Part shown: one piece after another, positions 24,700 to 37,273 of the stretch
Numbering within the stretch: position 1 is the first letter of the stretch
How the letters are laid out: each line of letters starts with the position of its first letter
NCBI GenBank assembly: GCA_009103225.1
Contig: RHPI01000772.1
Span: 379,810 to 443,809 of the forward strand
Origin: Chlorokybus atmophyticus
Lineage: Eukaryota > Plantae > Mesostigma and Chlorokybus algae
DNA: 64,000 bases
Reading direction: 5' to 3'
Position numbers and translations under genes: made by a program
Notes under the pieces: generated by a model
What the model saw: the letters and a program-made list of their open reading frames with translations, nothing else
Told to the model about the DNA's origin: nothing
The model's database searches: none

Positions 24700-26900
24700 C
24701 TAGTGAATGGTGCGAGCAGGGGCGTTTTCTTTAGGGTATATATACTCGCAGCCCCAGAGATTTAAGACGTGGTGTCCAAGATCCTTCCAAGTGGCCCACA
24801 TGGATCAATCAAGCAACGGGCCCATTTGGCCAGTAACGCAAATGTCTACCATTTATAATCGTGCACACCGAGGCCGCCATGCTGAGGCTGTCGACCTGTA
24901 TGCCAGTTCACCAATTCTCTAGATGCATGAGACGTTCGTTTCCACAAGGCGGACAATGGAGGTGATGACGCTCAGAGTAGAAGCTAAGGGGGCGAGTACT
25001 GCTGCTAGATGCCACATGCACGCAAGCACTCCGTCTGAGATGAGATGAGCGCTCGCCTCATAAGCTTGAGCGGCTGACGGGACTAGTGTTGCAGCCATCT
25101 CTGTATGGTGGAGGTGACTTGCTCAAAGAGTTGGCCTTGCTAGAGAGACAACCTTATGAGTACCCGCATGATCTTCACGGCCTCGTGTGGTGGAAGCCAT
25201 CGAAGGCTTCAATCCTAGAGGTTGTCAACGTGAGGTCTCAACGGAATGCCAACTGTTTTTTCAAGGTTAAGTTGGGAATCCGAAGTCAGGCAGTATATAG
25301 AGAAACATGAGTGAAGGCCCGCAAATGCTGCAATGAGCGTGATGTAGACTCTGGTCTCATTTGCGTAGCCGGTGTAGCGAACCTCCGTATCCTTAGCTGG
25401 GCCGTCGGGGGGGGGGGGGGGGGGNGGAAAGGAGTGAATGAGCGCGCCCAAGGCTTCAGTAGCAAGAATGAACAAGGACGGGGATAATGGGCAGCCTTGG
25501 CGGACACTGCGCAAAAGGCAGAAAGAGCGGGAGAGAACTTTTTTGGGGAACTCATGATGTTCACTCGGCTGTAACCCCACCATTGAGCATACGCACCCCA
25601 CTCCATCAATCTAGCGGGGAAGCCCAAGCAGAGAAGGAGGGCTTGTCGATGAAGTCGCAATCTGAACAATCCAAGGCTTTCTGAAAGTCAAGGAGTAAGA
25701 GAGCCCCAGATTGTTTCGAGGCTTCCAAGCCATCACATTAAGGGCCGCGAGTATGTTGCCTAAGATGTAATGATGGGGGGCAAAGCCCGCATGAGCGTGG
25801 TGGATGCAAGTGGGAAAGGGGCGAACTCGAGTGGCGAAGGCTTCAGCCAAAATTTTAAAGTGGACGGTGAGTAGAGGGATGGGGCGCCAGTTCTTGAGAT
25901 TGCCGCAATCAAACTTTTTATATATAAGTACTATCACTCCTGCTCGTTGCGTGTCCTCAAGAGTATGGAGATACAACACATGCTGGTGAAGTAACATGGC
26001 CCAAGCAGCGGCAAAAAGTGTTGCCAGAAGGCAGAGAGGCCATCCTCATCAGGCAATTTGTGAGGGGACATAGCAAAGACTGCTGCTTGAAGTTCCTTAG
26101 CCGAAAGGGTTTGCTCTAGTGCTTCCGCGTCTTGTGTAGAGACGTGGGGTGTGAGGGCTACTAGGCATTGCTCCGTGGCTTGGCGAATGGCTGCAGTGTT
26201 GCGAGCTTCGGGGGAAATGAGTCATGTGTAATATGTGGCTGCCTTTCGCCCATCTCTTTCGAGTCCGTTTTCGGAGGTGAGAGAGTGGTGTCACCTTGAG
26301 AGATGTAGTGCATGTGGTTGGGAGAGCACGGGGCCTGGCTGGACTTGAAGAAAACGAGGTCATACGCTCGCCTTCAAGACTCCATCTGATGGCGCGGCGA
26401 ACTGCAAAATGCTGCAAGGCGACACCGTGTTCCTGCTGCAGCCGAATGATTAACTTCGCATGCTCTTCAAGCAACGAAGAGTTCAAGGAGCGCGATGAGA
26501 GATGCTCCTCCACAGACTCCAAGATACGATATACCTGAGAGAGGCAAGCTTAAAGGTTTTAATGCGTGCTCGTTGTATGATGTGTGGGCGAGCAGCTGCA
26601 GCATTGCAGGAGAGCATGCTTTCAAGTCAGTCAATGTGAGAGGAGGGAGGTAGTGGGGTTGGTGAGGAGCTGACTTCCCACACATCCTCTACCTCCGCAA
26701 CAAATTGTAGATTATAAACAAGTAGGGGGTCAACCTTCCAAAGATTTCCCCCATGGCTTGAGGTATGGGCTGACAAGAGTTCAAAAAAGGTGGGCTTGTG
26801 GTTGGATGACCACTCAAAGGTAATGATAGGAGCCTCTTTCCACAAGGACAGCAGATCTCTAGAGACGTAGAATTCATCAAAGTGAGGCGAGCAAGACGGT
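24700..26900 (-). mobile_element. Decayed L1/Tx1-like LINE ORF2 remnant
   Basis: GVIVLIYKK...NWRPIPLL...KILAEAFATR and RSVRQGCPLSPSLFILATEAL RT motifs; many frameshifts; poly-G plus N at ~25408-25425. Confidence 0.85.
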
Positions 26901-27114
26901 GAGCATCTCTTGTTCGCCTGTTGTGTCGGGTTAGGCGTTTACGACATCACACACGAGGGCTGAACCTTCTCGAGGTTGTGGTTGTTGTTTGCAGATGGTG
27001 GACGCCAAAGCGATGTTGTTGGTGTACCCAAGGCCAAGGCTGTTGCGAGCAGCCGTGTTCAGCAAGCCACCTACGTAGGTACATTGCTCAGAGGGCCTTC
27101 ACACAATACCAAGG

Positions 27115-27146
<32 letters not shown>

Positions 27147-27155
27147 GTATTCCCC

Positions 27156-27739
27156 TGTTAAGTAAGAGCTATGAGTGCTACTATCATGAGTGATAGCAGA
27201 CGCTGTGTCATGCCTATTGTCCGCGCATACCAGCTTTCATCGAGCATGCCTACATCGAAACCATCGCCCGGCCTACTAGCATACCAACTTGCGCGCGTCG
27301 CTGACCAGTAGCTAGGTTATGCCTTTAGAGTAGCTCATGACCATAGCCTACATAGGCACCGCGCGTAGCTGTTTAGTTGTGAGTTTAATTATAAGTAGTG
27401 TTCTATATCGAGTGGGGCTTGCCTGTGGAAATAGCCTCGATATGACCGTTAGCTTATGTTCTGAACAATCATGATTTGACCTGTATAAGTAGTCATGGTG
27501 TTCACCGGATCAGCAAGTGACACTGTGAGTGAGAAAGCTAAGAGCTTCAAAAGCGACTTGAACTATGAACACACCGTCCCGATTATCAAAAAATCCCTCA
27601 CCGTATAAGAGCTTATGCCTGCTCGTGTGCATCGTGCCTGTTATTGCTGTGAGCTTGGTGTGCCTGGTTGCAGTGTGATTGTTGGCATCAATTAGGGCAT
27701 AATATCCACGTGTTGCTTGCTCATTCACCTCACTTAACA
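27156..27739 (+). mobile_element. 5' LTR (584 bp) of a Gag-encoding element, with non-tRNA PBS
   Basis: 8-bp terminal inverted repeat TGTTAAGT...ACTTAACA; TATAA at 27484; followed by GTGTAAC rather than a TGG-type PBS; leader then gag at 28167. A (TG)n tract at ~27119-27146 lies just upstream. Confidence 0.8.
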
Positions 27740-28166
27740 GTGTAACACATTCTGCTCATGCAAAGAACTGTGTAAACAGCACTACCTATATTAGTGGCTT
27801 GTTGAATCACAGTGTCACCCTCTGTGCTCAAGTGAGTGCGTCGCATTCTGCATCAGATAGTGCAATCTGTATCTGGGGACACATCCCCGTGCATTTGTTT
27901 TCATTGTCATCACATAGTGCACACACAAGCACTAGTGTGGTGAGTGGTAGCGGCATCAAGACAGGCAGTGGAGCACGAACACTCTACCCTGCATACACTT
28001 TCACCTGTGGACTAGCTGTACGAGCACGCCCACCCCGTTCTCTCCAACAGACGAGGGTGACCGCAGCTGGAGCTCAACCTTCAATCTCACTCACGAGCGG
28101 ACCAGTGACGGGAGCAACGATCGCAGCAGCAGAGGCTCTCGTTCTGTCTCTTGCGTCACTCCGTTC

Positions 28167-29610
28167 ATGTCTACTCCTCGGCATCGAGCTTCCCCACTCT
28201 CGTCCGACAGTGACGACTATGAGATGGGGTCTTCCAGCTCAACCACGTCCCTGCGCTTTTCCGGACGTGCTAGCACTATATCGCTGGACGAATTCATCAT
28301 AAAGTTCCATTCCAAGATGCGACAGCAGGCTCTGAAGAACAAAGACTACTCATATAAGTTTTCTTTGCACATTGCTGCTCAATATTTAGATCATGAAGCA
28401 CATGATGTCTAAAAGTCTGTTGCTGAATTGCATCGAGTTGATGGCTATGGCGAGATTGCCAACACCATAGCATCTACATCACTGCACAGTCCAGCAGCCG
28501 GCTTTTCACCTGCCACTCCCGCTACAGTCACTGGTTTGTTCATAGCGGCAGCCATCGACAGGGCAGAGGAGGAGGAACCTGAGATGGTGTTCGTCAACCT
28601 GACCCCTACAGTGATTGACATCAAGACGGCCGCACGATGGGCCCGGATCTTGGACCGTTCTGTTGCTATCCTTGAAGAACAACGAACTGCAGTCGTTGAG
28701 GTGGGCACACCCCTACCTTTGGCAACACCTGGCTCTCGCGGGAGGCAGTGCTTTCACCCTCGGGTTAGTCGCACTGCGCACACCAGCCATCACTGTAGGT
28801 GCTGCCATCTCTGACGCTCCATGTAAGGACCTATATGCTGCATTTCGTCGCACCTTCCCACCGCAGACCACCAGCAAGAAAGAGGAGCTGAAACGGTTCT
28901 GATGCAAGCTCAACGAGGACCATCTACGCCTGTACTCCAGACTGGAGGGGCTGTTGAAGGACACTGACTACAAGATCGTCAGTGACGAGGCTGCTGCAGT
29001 GGTATATGTCAATGAGTTGGATGCCACCCTGAGCGAGTCGACTCGTCTGACCTTGAGCTACAGCAGGCCCCTTGGCTACATGCTCAAGGAAGCTTTCGGG
29101 GCTGCACAAGCCACCCATAAGCGCTTGGTGTATGAGAAGGCAGTGTTGAACACCAACCGCAGTGCCTCACAGCCTGTAGCCAGCACAACTACCGAGCCTC
29201 CTCATCGCGAACGTGGCCGGGACACTGCACAGCACGCGACAAAGGGCAACAGTTAGCTCATACTGCTTTGCCTGCCCCTGTGCTGTGTCGCTGTGGACGG
29301 CATGGGCACTACCAAAAGGAGTGCACCGAAGAGAGCACTCAACCCTGGTCGGCGACTACTGTCACAAGACAGGCCACTTGAAGTCAGTCTGCTGGCTCAA
29401 ATTCTGAGAGTTGAGACCTGCCAACAGCTACGACGGCAACAACTCTAGTGGCTAAAACAACAACAACACTGGAGGCCACAACGGCAACAACTTTGGTGGC
29501 TACAACAGCAACCATACTGGAGGCCATAACAACACCAACAACTACGCCAATGCTCGCAAGGAAGAGCAAGGCTACAGAGGGAAGAATTGCCCTCCTCAGC
29601 GCAAGGGACT
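28167..29610 (+). pseudogene. Retrotransposon gag with stops
   Basis: FSGRASTISLDEFIIKF, LKDTDYKIVSDEAAAVVYVNEL, knuckle YCHKTGHLKSVC; homologous to the minus-strand gag at 31979-33601; stops at 28410, 28900, 29254. Confidence 0.75.
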
Positions 29611-31978
29611 GAAAGGATGTCCGCGCGCTGCTGCTGTTGTCGTTAAGGCTCCAGCCAACCCGCCAGCTAATGACCATATTCCTGCCCTCATGGCGCGTAT
29701 GGCACTCTTGGAGGAAAATAAGGAGCAATACAACCGCGCCTGCTACTCTGCCCGATGGGCATTGATAACTCGAAAGCGCACGACACCAGCACTACGTAAT
29801 GCGTTTAACCATCCCGACGAGCTTGAGGGGAAGCCGCAACATCGTCAGCAGCTACATCCTCTAAAGCCACCAATGGTGTTGCACCAGCAACAGCTACACC
29901 GGCTACGATGTCGACTCTGTCAACGTCAATGGCAACCACTCTAGTTGCACCAGAAGTTGGTGCATCAGTGGGCACCGTGACGCCAACACTGGTGAGCACG
30001 CTGGCGACAGCCACTGCTGTCACCGACCCGGCAGCAGTCAGTTGCACCGGTCTTGCTCGAGCTGCAGGACCACCTGTGTCAGCAAGCGTGGAGACCACTC
30101 TCGCGCTACTGAGCGGCACTTTCGCAACCATCGACAGTGCCATCGTTGAGCCCGCTGCCACCGCCGCGACGCGCGTAGCTACATTGCCCGTCCTCAACGT
30201 CACTCAAGCTGTTTCGCGAGGTCAGCAGGCTGAGCGCGCATGGGAGACCATCATGCGTGGAGTAGATCCCACTACCATTGCTTTTGGGCGCGGAGGAAAG
30301 CACACAACGCGCATTCAACGCGATGATCGCGTCTTTCAACTGCATGAATATCACACCCTGCCAGAACAGACTTAGCGGCAACTGGAGGATGAAATCCTCG
30401 CCGGCACGGTGCCTCCCATGCGAGACCACATCTTTGTGGTCAGAACACCTGTTGTACTGGAGTTGGCACTACAGCGCGTCTAGACTCTGCATCACAACAC
30501 GCAGACCACGCCACGCCAGTCCGCACCAGTCCGTCATGAACCTCTCGAGCCAAGCCCGCTGAGCACGTATTGGGACCGACAACCCAATGTACAGCAGCAC
30601 ATTGCTGATACAGCCGACATGCCTTTGGGTGACAACGAAGCACTGAGACCCCTCAGTACCGTTCGACTTCACGAGCGCTACACCGCTCTGAAACAAGTGT
30701 TCACCTGGCGGCAGAACCAAACGGCAGCGATCAATGCAAAAGCGCAAGCCCGTGCTGCTGCTCGCGCTTCCATTCTTTAACCAACAGTCGCTGGACCATC
30801 GTCCAGCACGACACCTCTCGTCGTTGAGCCCAACATTGACCAGGCGAGGGCGCTGGCCCAACAAACTAGGGGGGTGATCGCCCTGCTGTTACCCGCCTTG
30901 TTGGAAGACTTGTCGGACAATCAACGGGATCCAGGGAGAGGCTACCTCACACCACAAGGGTGTACACAACGGGATGGAGCACGCTCAGTCGGAGAACAGC
31001 AACTTCACACTGTCCTGTTGCGACAAGCAACCATGCTACATCGAGAAGAAGGCATCGGCCTGAGACGGATGATGGGAATGCGAGAAGGTTGCAATGCAGC
31101 TCGAGCAAGACTTGGTGACTTGGCTACTCACCAATCACCCTGCAGTCCCTCTATTCGCATTTGGCACTTGATTGTTTTGGTTGGACGCCTTCCTGCGCTC
31201 GCTACGGCAAGCCTATGACGAGGTTGCCTCGGCAGCCACTGACACCTTAGAGGAAGCGCAAGAGGCCATACTGAGGTTGCCAGGGGTGGAAGTAGCGCGA
31301 CAACACAGACGCATCGCAGATGCTTACGAGCAGCATGTCCAACAGCCAGAGATTTGACTCACTGTGCGGGCACGAGCAACAACGGTGCTAGAAGTGGGGG
31401 TGGTCAATGGCCGATGGGATGCCTACATGGCAGGGATCTCAAGGGTTCCCACCATCACTCACGACATAAGAGCGCGGCTCCTGCGCGCAGTGTATCTCCA
31501 GCCCATGCCTAAGAATCACCGCTGGAGTGACGTGGTCAACAATCCAACAGCCACATGGGAAGGTACACTGGTCAAGGAGGCAGCTTATATTGTACGCTGA
31601 ACTTATGTGGAAGAACAGGCTGCACGAGAGGCGGGCCCACAAACACCCGAACCTCCGGTATTTTCAATAGCCATTGGCTACGCCGCCAGGTAAAACCCCG
31701 GCCACACAGAGGCGCAATCCCTACGCCACAGCCAGGACAGCCATGGGCAGCACTCAGGCCGCAGCGGGTATACTGTCGTGCCTTGACTCCTCGTTGCTTG
31801 AACTCGTCGTACAACCTCCTTGCCATGCATATCAGCATGCTATTGTACACCATGAGACACTATTGTGCTGTCTGAAATCACCACTCATCTCACAAGGTAG
31901 ACACATACACGTGAAAGATGCGTGTCACTCCAACGGCGCCGTCAACTCCGAGTTTCCCTCATGGACTTGGGTTGGGGG

Positions 31979-33601
31979 CTATTGGTAAAGCATCTTAGAC
32001 TCCTCTAGAAGCTTTACACAAACTTGGAGCAGCTCCTCCACTCTCTTGTGCTCACCATCGCTACCGACGCCGACCTCACGTCGCGCCGTTGCCGTAGCAG
32101 TCGGCTGCACCTTCGCACCTTCCGGACGCGAACTCTCCTGCTCCAACGGGGTTGTTGGCAGCAACTCAAATGCCTTTGGCATGCGGGCAGGTGTGGCACG
32201 CATCCTATCATGATCCACACCCTCCTCGCGGACGAGTGCGGCCTCCTCCTCGACCATCCTAGTCGGGGGAGCTGGTGCAGCCCCGCTGCGCGCCGACGCT
32301 CTCGTTGTAGCCACCGCTGACACCTCCGTGCCTCCGTGGAGCGCACCAAACGCAAGGTAGCTTCCGGGGCTGCTAGGCACATCCCTCCCTCCGCTCTCGG
32401 GCCACTTCCCTCGCTCGAGCATGCTCTTCAACGATGCATACTTAGATTGCATAGCCGCTAGGGCTCTTCTCACCTCTAACATTGAAGGCTCTTCCTTCAC
32501 ACCCAAGTGAGCACCGGCTGCACCTCCTCGTGCTTGTGGACGCAGCTCTGGGTGCTTACTCCAGCACTTGGCCTCGACGTGCCCTCCCTTCTTGCAATGA
32601 GAACACACGTCCTTCTTGCCACCCTTCCAGCAATTCTTTGCGATGTGACCTTGTTCGCCGCACGACCAGCATTTGGCACCCGACACACCTTCCACACTCG
32701 CGTTGTTGGCGTGCTTGAGCTGCCCGGACTTGCCACCAGCTGCCTTGCTCGCTGCCACGGGCTTGGAAGAGCTCTTCTCCTCCGACGTTTCAAGCAACTT
32801 CAACCCACAACGCTGCCGATCGATGTTCTTGGGGTACTTATGCTGAATCTCGGCCGTCTCGGCCACCTTGAACACATCCGCAAGCGTGTACGTACCAAAC
32901 TCTGACTGAGTGGTCAACATGGTCTCCACCTTCAGCCTCAAGTCCCCCTCAAGCTGTTGAAGGTACACCATCGCCGCGGTCTGATCCGTCATCACCTTGT
33001 AGTCCGTGTCCGTCAAGAGCTTGAGCATACGCGTGTACATCATCCTCGCCGTCTCACCGGTGTGGCACTTGAAGTAGCTCAGCTCGCGAACCTTGGCAGG
33101 GGTTGATTGTGGGTAAGTCTTCCTCAGAAGCGCCTTGAACTCAGTCACTGGCTGCTCCTTCTTCCACTCCGCCTCAAAATTAGCCGGTGCACCCACACGC
33201 AACGCCCTCTCTCACATCTTCAGCTGCTCCTTGAACTCTCTCCACGTGCTCAAGGCTTCATCCTTAAGGTATAGAGGCAGCATCTTGAAGGCCTTGTGCT
33301 CGTCCCACCCCGACATGTCGCGGTACTCCCATTTAACCATCTCAGAGTCGAAGCGGTCGATGAAGTTGCATAGGTCCGCCGTGCCGGGCCTCCCACTGAA
33401 CTTTGGTGTGCTATCCATGGCTGAAGCTGAGTCGAACATCACCCCACCCTCGTCTTCGAAGTCGGACTCCTCGTCACTCGAAGACGCCACCTCTTTAGCA
33501 ACGCCCTCCACCACCGGAGTAATCGCCCTTCTCGGCGCTCTTCTCTTTGAAGCCGCCTTCGTGGGTCTCTCGTGCCAGTCCTCACCAGACCGTAGGGGCA
33601 T
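31979..33601 (-). pseudogene. Retrotransposon gag (two CCHC knuckles), one premature TGA, pol missing
   Basis: FSGRPGTADLCNFIDRF, LLTDTDYKVMTDQTAAMVYLQQL, CWSCGEQGHIAKNC and CSHCKKGGHVEAKC; TGA at 33212-33214 splits a single frame. Confidence 0.85.
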
Positions 33602-33659
33602 GAACACTCCTGGTCCTCACTTCAACTCGAGCAAACTCAGCTGATGGGTTGAATGCAAG

Positions 33660-34321
33660 TGAAAGATGCGTGTCTCCTTGCAAAAGGAAGGCAAGATCAC
33701 CCCAACTTGACTTGCAATCAGTCGCTTGCTCATGAAACTCAGTCCTCACCCATGCTAAGGCAGCTCATACGGTGCATCAAGATTGCAACAATGATACACA
33801 CTCCTTCATGCAAGGCAACCAAGCAAGGCACACGCAAGCATGCACACACGCATACACTCAGCCAAGAACCTCTTCCCGAAGGCTTTGCTTGCACTCCAGT
33901 GAGCCAACTTGCATTCAACCAACTATAACACAAGCTAGCTAAGGCTTATATACCACCGTTGAGTCCATGCCCAACCAACTCCTAACCAACTCTTCAACTT
34001 CTAAAGACTTACAGGCTGCACCAGCTACATAACAGTCATTATGAGGCCGATAAATGGTAGTAAATGGATAGCAATGGCTCCCCAAAGCTTATCCTCTTCA
34101 AGTACACTCCAAGACGGATCTTTTGAGTCCATCCCCACGCCAAACCACCACTCCAACTGTTAGTTACATCTGTTACAAGTCATGACTCCAAAACAGCTGC
34201 GCGGGATACCATACTAACTCGATTACGCCGAGAACTCTGTATCTGGCTATGGATACGCCTCGAGTACGCCTCCCACTCGTAAAGGACGACCCAAACTCGA
34301 GTCCCAAGTAAAAACCTAACA
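33660..34321 (-). mobile_element. 5' LTR (~660 bp) of the minus-strand gag element, with self-complementary PBS
   Basis: Ends ...CATCTTTCA at 33660 on minus; TATATAA at 33952-33946; PBS CTTGCATTCAACC (33659-33647) is complementary to 33920-33907. The start at TGTTAGG (34321) is tentative. Confidence 0.75.
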
Positions 34322-34409
34322 TAAAGAGCCTCTATAATGGCTCAGGGCTCCAAGGTCATAGGGCCCATGTATGCTGCCGGCCCCGAGGGCACCATGCACA
34401 TGACACTAT

Positions 34410-34902
34410 TTGCAAGAGCATAACCAATACCCAAAACAAGGACGGTTCGGGCCAGGCCGCAGACAAGGAGGTTCTCAAGACCCAGTTGGTCGAGGGGCGC
34501 TCGCCGCACTGCGCTCGACACCACCGGAGGAGACTGCAGCAGCAATCACCCCACGCACACGCTACCAACGATTCAAGCGGCTGCGCATCCACGCCAACGC
34601 AGCCATAATCGCTAACAAAGGCAAGCATACCACCTTTGATGGACGAGCACCCAAGCGCGTGATACTGGACTCTGGAGCCAAGCATGTCATTATCGGCCGT
34701 TACCTTGCACGCAACCTTGGCATCACCAGCGCTGAGCTGATGCCTTGCCCATACGTGCTCGACACAGCAACCGGCAGTCGTGACAAGGTGATTGGCATCA
34801 CCAAGCAGACCCTCTGCATTCGCTTGACAGGGTTGGACCCTTCCCAGAGCACCGAGGTTATACAGAAGTGTGTGGTCACCGACGCAGGATCCTTCGACCT
34901 GC
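34410..34902 (+). pseudogene. Retropepsin-type aspartic protease fragment cut by a copia LTR insertion
   Basis: RVILDSGAKHVIIG...FDLLL; the frame runs into TGTTG at 34903, just before the expected Gly of DLLLG. Confidence 0.8.
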
Positions 34903-37273
34903 TGTTGAGATGCAAGCTTCCTAGGCGTAGACACACAACACAACACCGTCTGTGCAAGCAGAAAAAAACCAGACTAGACCACGCCAGACCAGACCAGTCC
35001 AGACCACGCCCAGGCTAAGGCTTCCGCCGCCACCAGACTTAAGCACAAGCAAAGTGAACCGTGTTAAACGTGTGTGGGCGTCCCCTTATACCCAGTAATG
35101 GTCACACTACAAAGAACTCAATATACAAGCTCAAAATAGTATACAAGGCAGGTCTGGTCAACATAAGACCCGAAAACAGTCTTAAACAGTCAAAACTGTT
35201 TGAACTGACGGTTTCTAATGAAACAATAAGGACTGGAGGCTACTAAGTACGAAAGTCATGAGTACTTAGCTACACTAAGCTGAATGGAGTTTAAGGACGG
35301 CTAAACCTAGTCCTAAACTCGAACACCTAGCTAGACTAGGCTGACTGGAGTCTAAAGACGGCTAAACCTGGTCCTAAACTCCAACACTCCCATGGAGGCA
35401 GCTTAGTGGATTTCTAGACCCATGCAGCAGGTCTTAAACTTAGCAGGGGTAAAAGCCTTCGTCATAAGGTCTGCAAGCATGTTTTCGGTCTTGTAATAGA
35501 TGAACTCCACCTTTCCACGCGCCACGCGCTCCCGCACAAAGTGATGCATGACATCAATGTGCTTGGACCTGACTGAATCAATAGGGTGCTTTAGGAGCCG
35601 AATAGCCCCTTGGTTGTCGCAGTGCATGAGAATGGCAGTCTGGTCTAGAGTTAAGTCTGCAACCAGCTTGCACAACCAAAGCCCCTCTTTGACTGCCTGG
35701 GATGCAGCCATGTAATCCGCTTCTGCAGTAGACACTGCAACAATGGGCTGAAGCTTGCTGCTCCAGCTGATGACTCCACCATTCATCAAAAACGTGTAGC
35801 CCGTGGTAGACCTTCTGGAGTCTAAGTCTCCTGCGTAGTCTGCATCGCAGTAGCCCTCCAGACCTGTTAGTCCTCCTCTAAAAGTAATGCCGACACTTGA
35901 AGTCCCAGCCATAGCGCATGCACGCCTTTGCAGCCCTCCAGTGCTCCATGGTAGGCGCAGACATGTACATGGCTAAGACTCCCACGGCATGGGAAATGTC
36001 CGGCCAAGTACTGATTAATAAGTACAAAAGACTCCCAACCAAAGTGCTGTAGGGGTACTGAGTCTTGTCCAGCAGATATGCCTCACTTTCAGACTTAACA
36101 AGTCTAACTCCTACCGCCAAGGGTGTAGCCTTAACCTTGGCCTCTTGCAGCCCAAACTTGTCCACAAATCTGCAAACCATTTGCTCCTGGCTGACCTTGG
36201 CAGTCTTAGACCACCCATCTCTGTCAATGACAATGTCCAAAAAGTACTTGGCCTCTCGAAGGTCGCGGACATCAAAGGCCTTGCTCAAGCCAACCTTGAC
36301 TCCCTCCAAGTCCTTCAAGTCTTGAGCAGAAATGAGGATGTCATCGACATAAACCAAAAGCCAGACCTGTAGCTCTCCATGGATAAAGAGTCCTTGGTTT
36401 TATCTACTGGGTCTAAAACCCAGCAGCTCAAGCTCCTTGCTTAAGCGGATATGCCAAACCTTAGGCGCCTGCTCAAGACCATACAAGGCCTTCACAAGCT
36501 TGCATGCCACAGCTGGAGCTCCCTTGGGTTGTTGCACAAAGATGTCCTCTTCAAGCTCGCCGTAGAGGAACGCGGTCTTAACATCAAGATGGTGCAGCTC
36601 CAGGTCGTGAGCAACCACGGAAGGCCAGCATGGTGCGAAATGTTGTGTGCTTGCTAGCTGCAGCAAAGACCTCATTGAAGTCAATGCCCTCTTGCTGGAG
36701 AAAGCCCTTCGCGACAAGCCTCGCCTTGTAGCGCTCAATGTTGCCTTGCCCATCCTTATTGATAATGTAGACCCACTTGACCGGGATGGGTCTAATGTCA
36801 GCCGGGACAGTTTCAAGCATGGTCACAAGGTACGCGACTTTTAGACCAATAGTACGCGTTTGGACGCGTACAGAGACCCCGCGTACCTAATACGCAGTCT
36901 GTACGCAGTCTGTACGCCAGTGTAACTGGGTTACGCTTCAGTTACGCTGAGATACAGCTTAGCACTGTATCTCAACCGTAACTGGTCAGTCTAGTGTAAC
37001 TAGGCGGCGGTGCAGGCAACATAGTTGGCGGCAGCGGCGGCGTTAGCGGCGGCAGGCAGGTGGGAACGGCGCTCCTTTAGCTGCAAGCTTCATCTCTCAA
37101 GCTACTGTAGCTGCGCCTGATAGCCATTAGCTACAAGGTGTGTGCGTGGGTATGCACTGGTTGCCTGCATGCTTGGCTATGCGCCCATCATACATCATGC
37201 AGCCTGCAAGTCATACCATCAACGTGCTATATGTGATTTGCATGTGTTCATAATAGTGTTTGTTTATGTTAGA

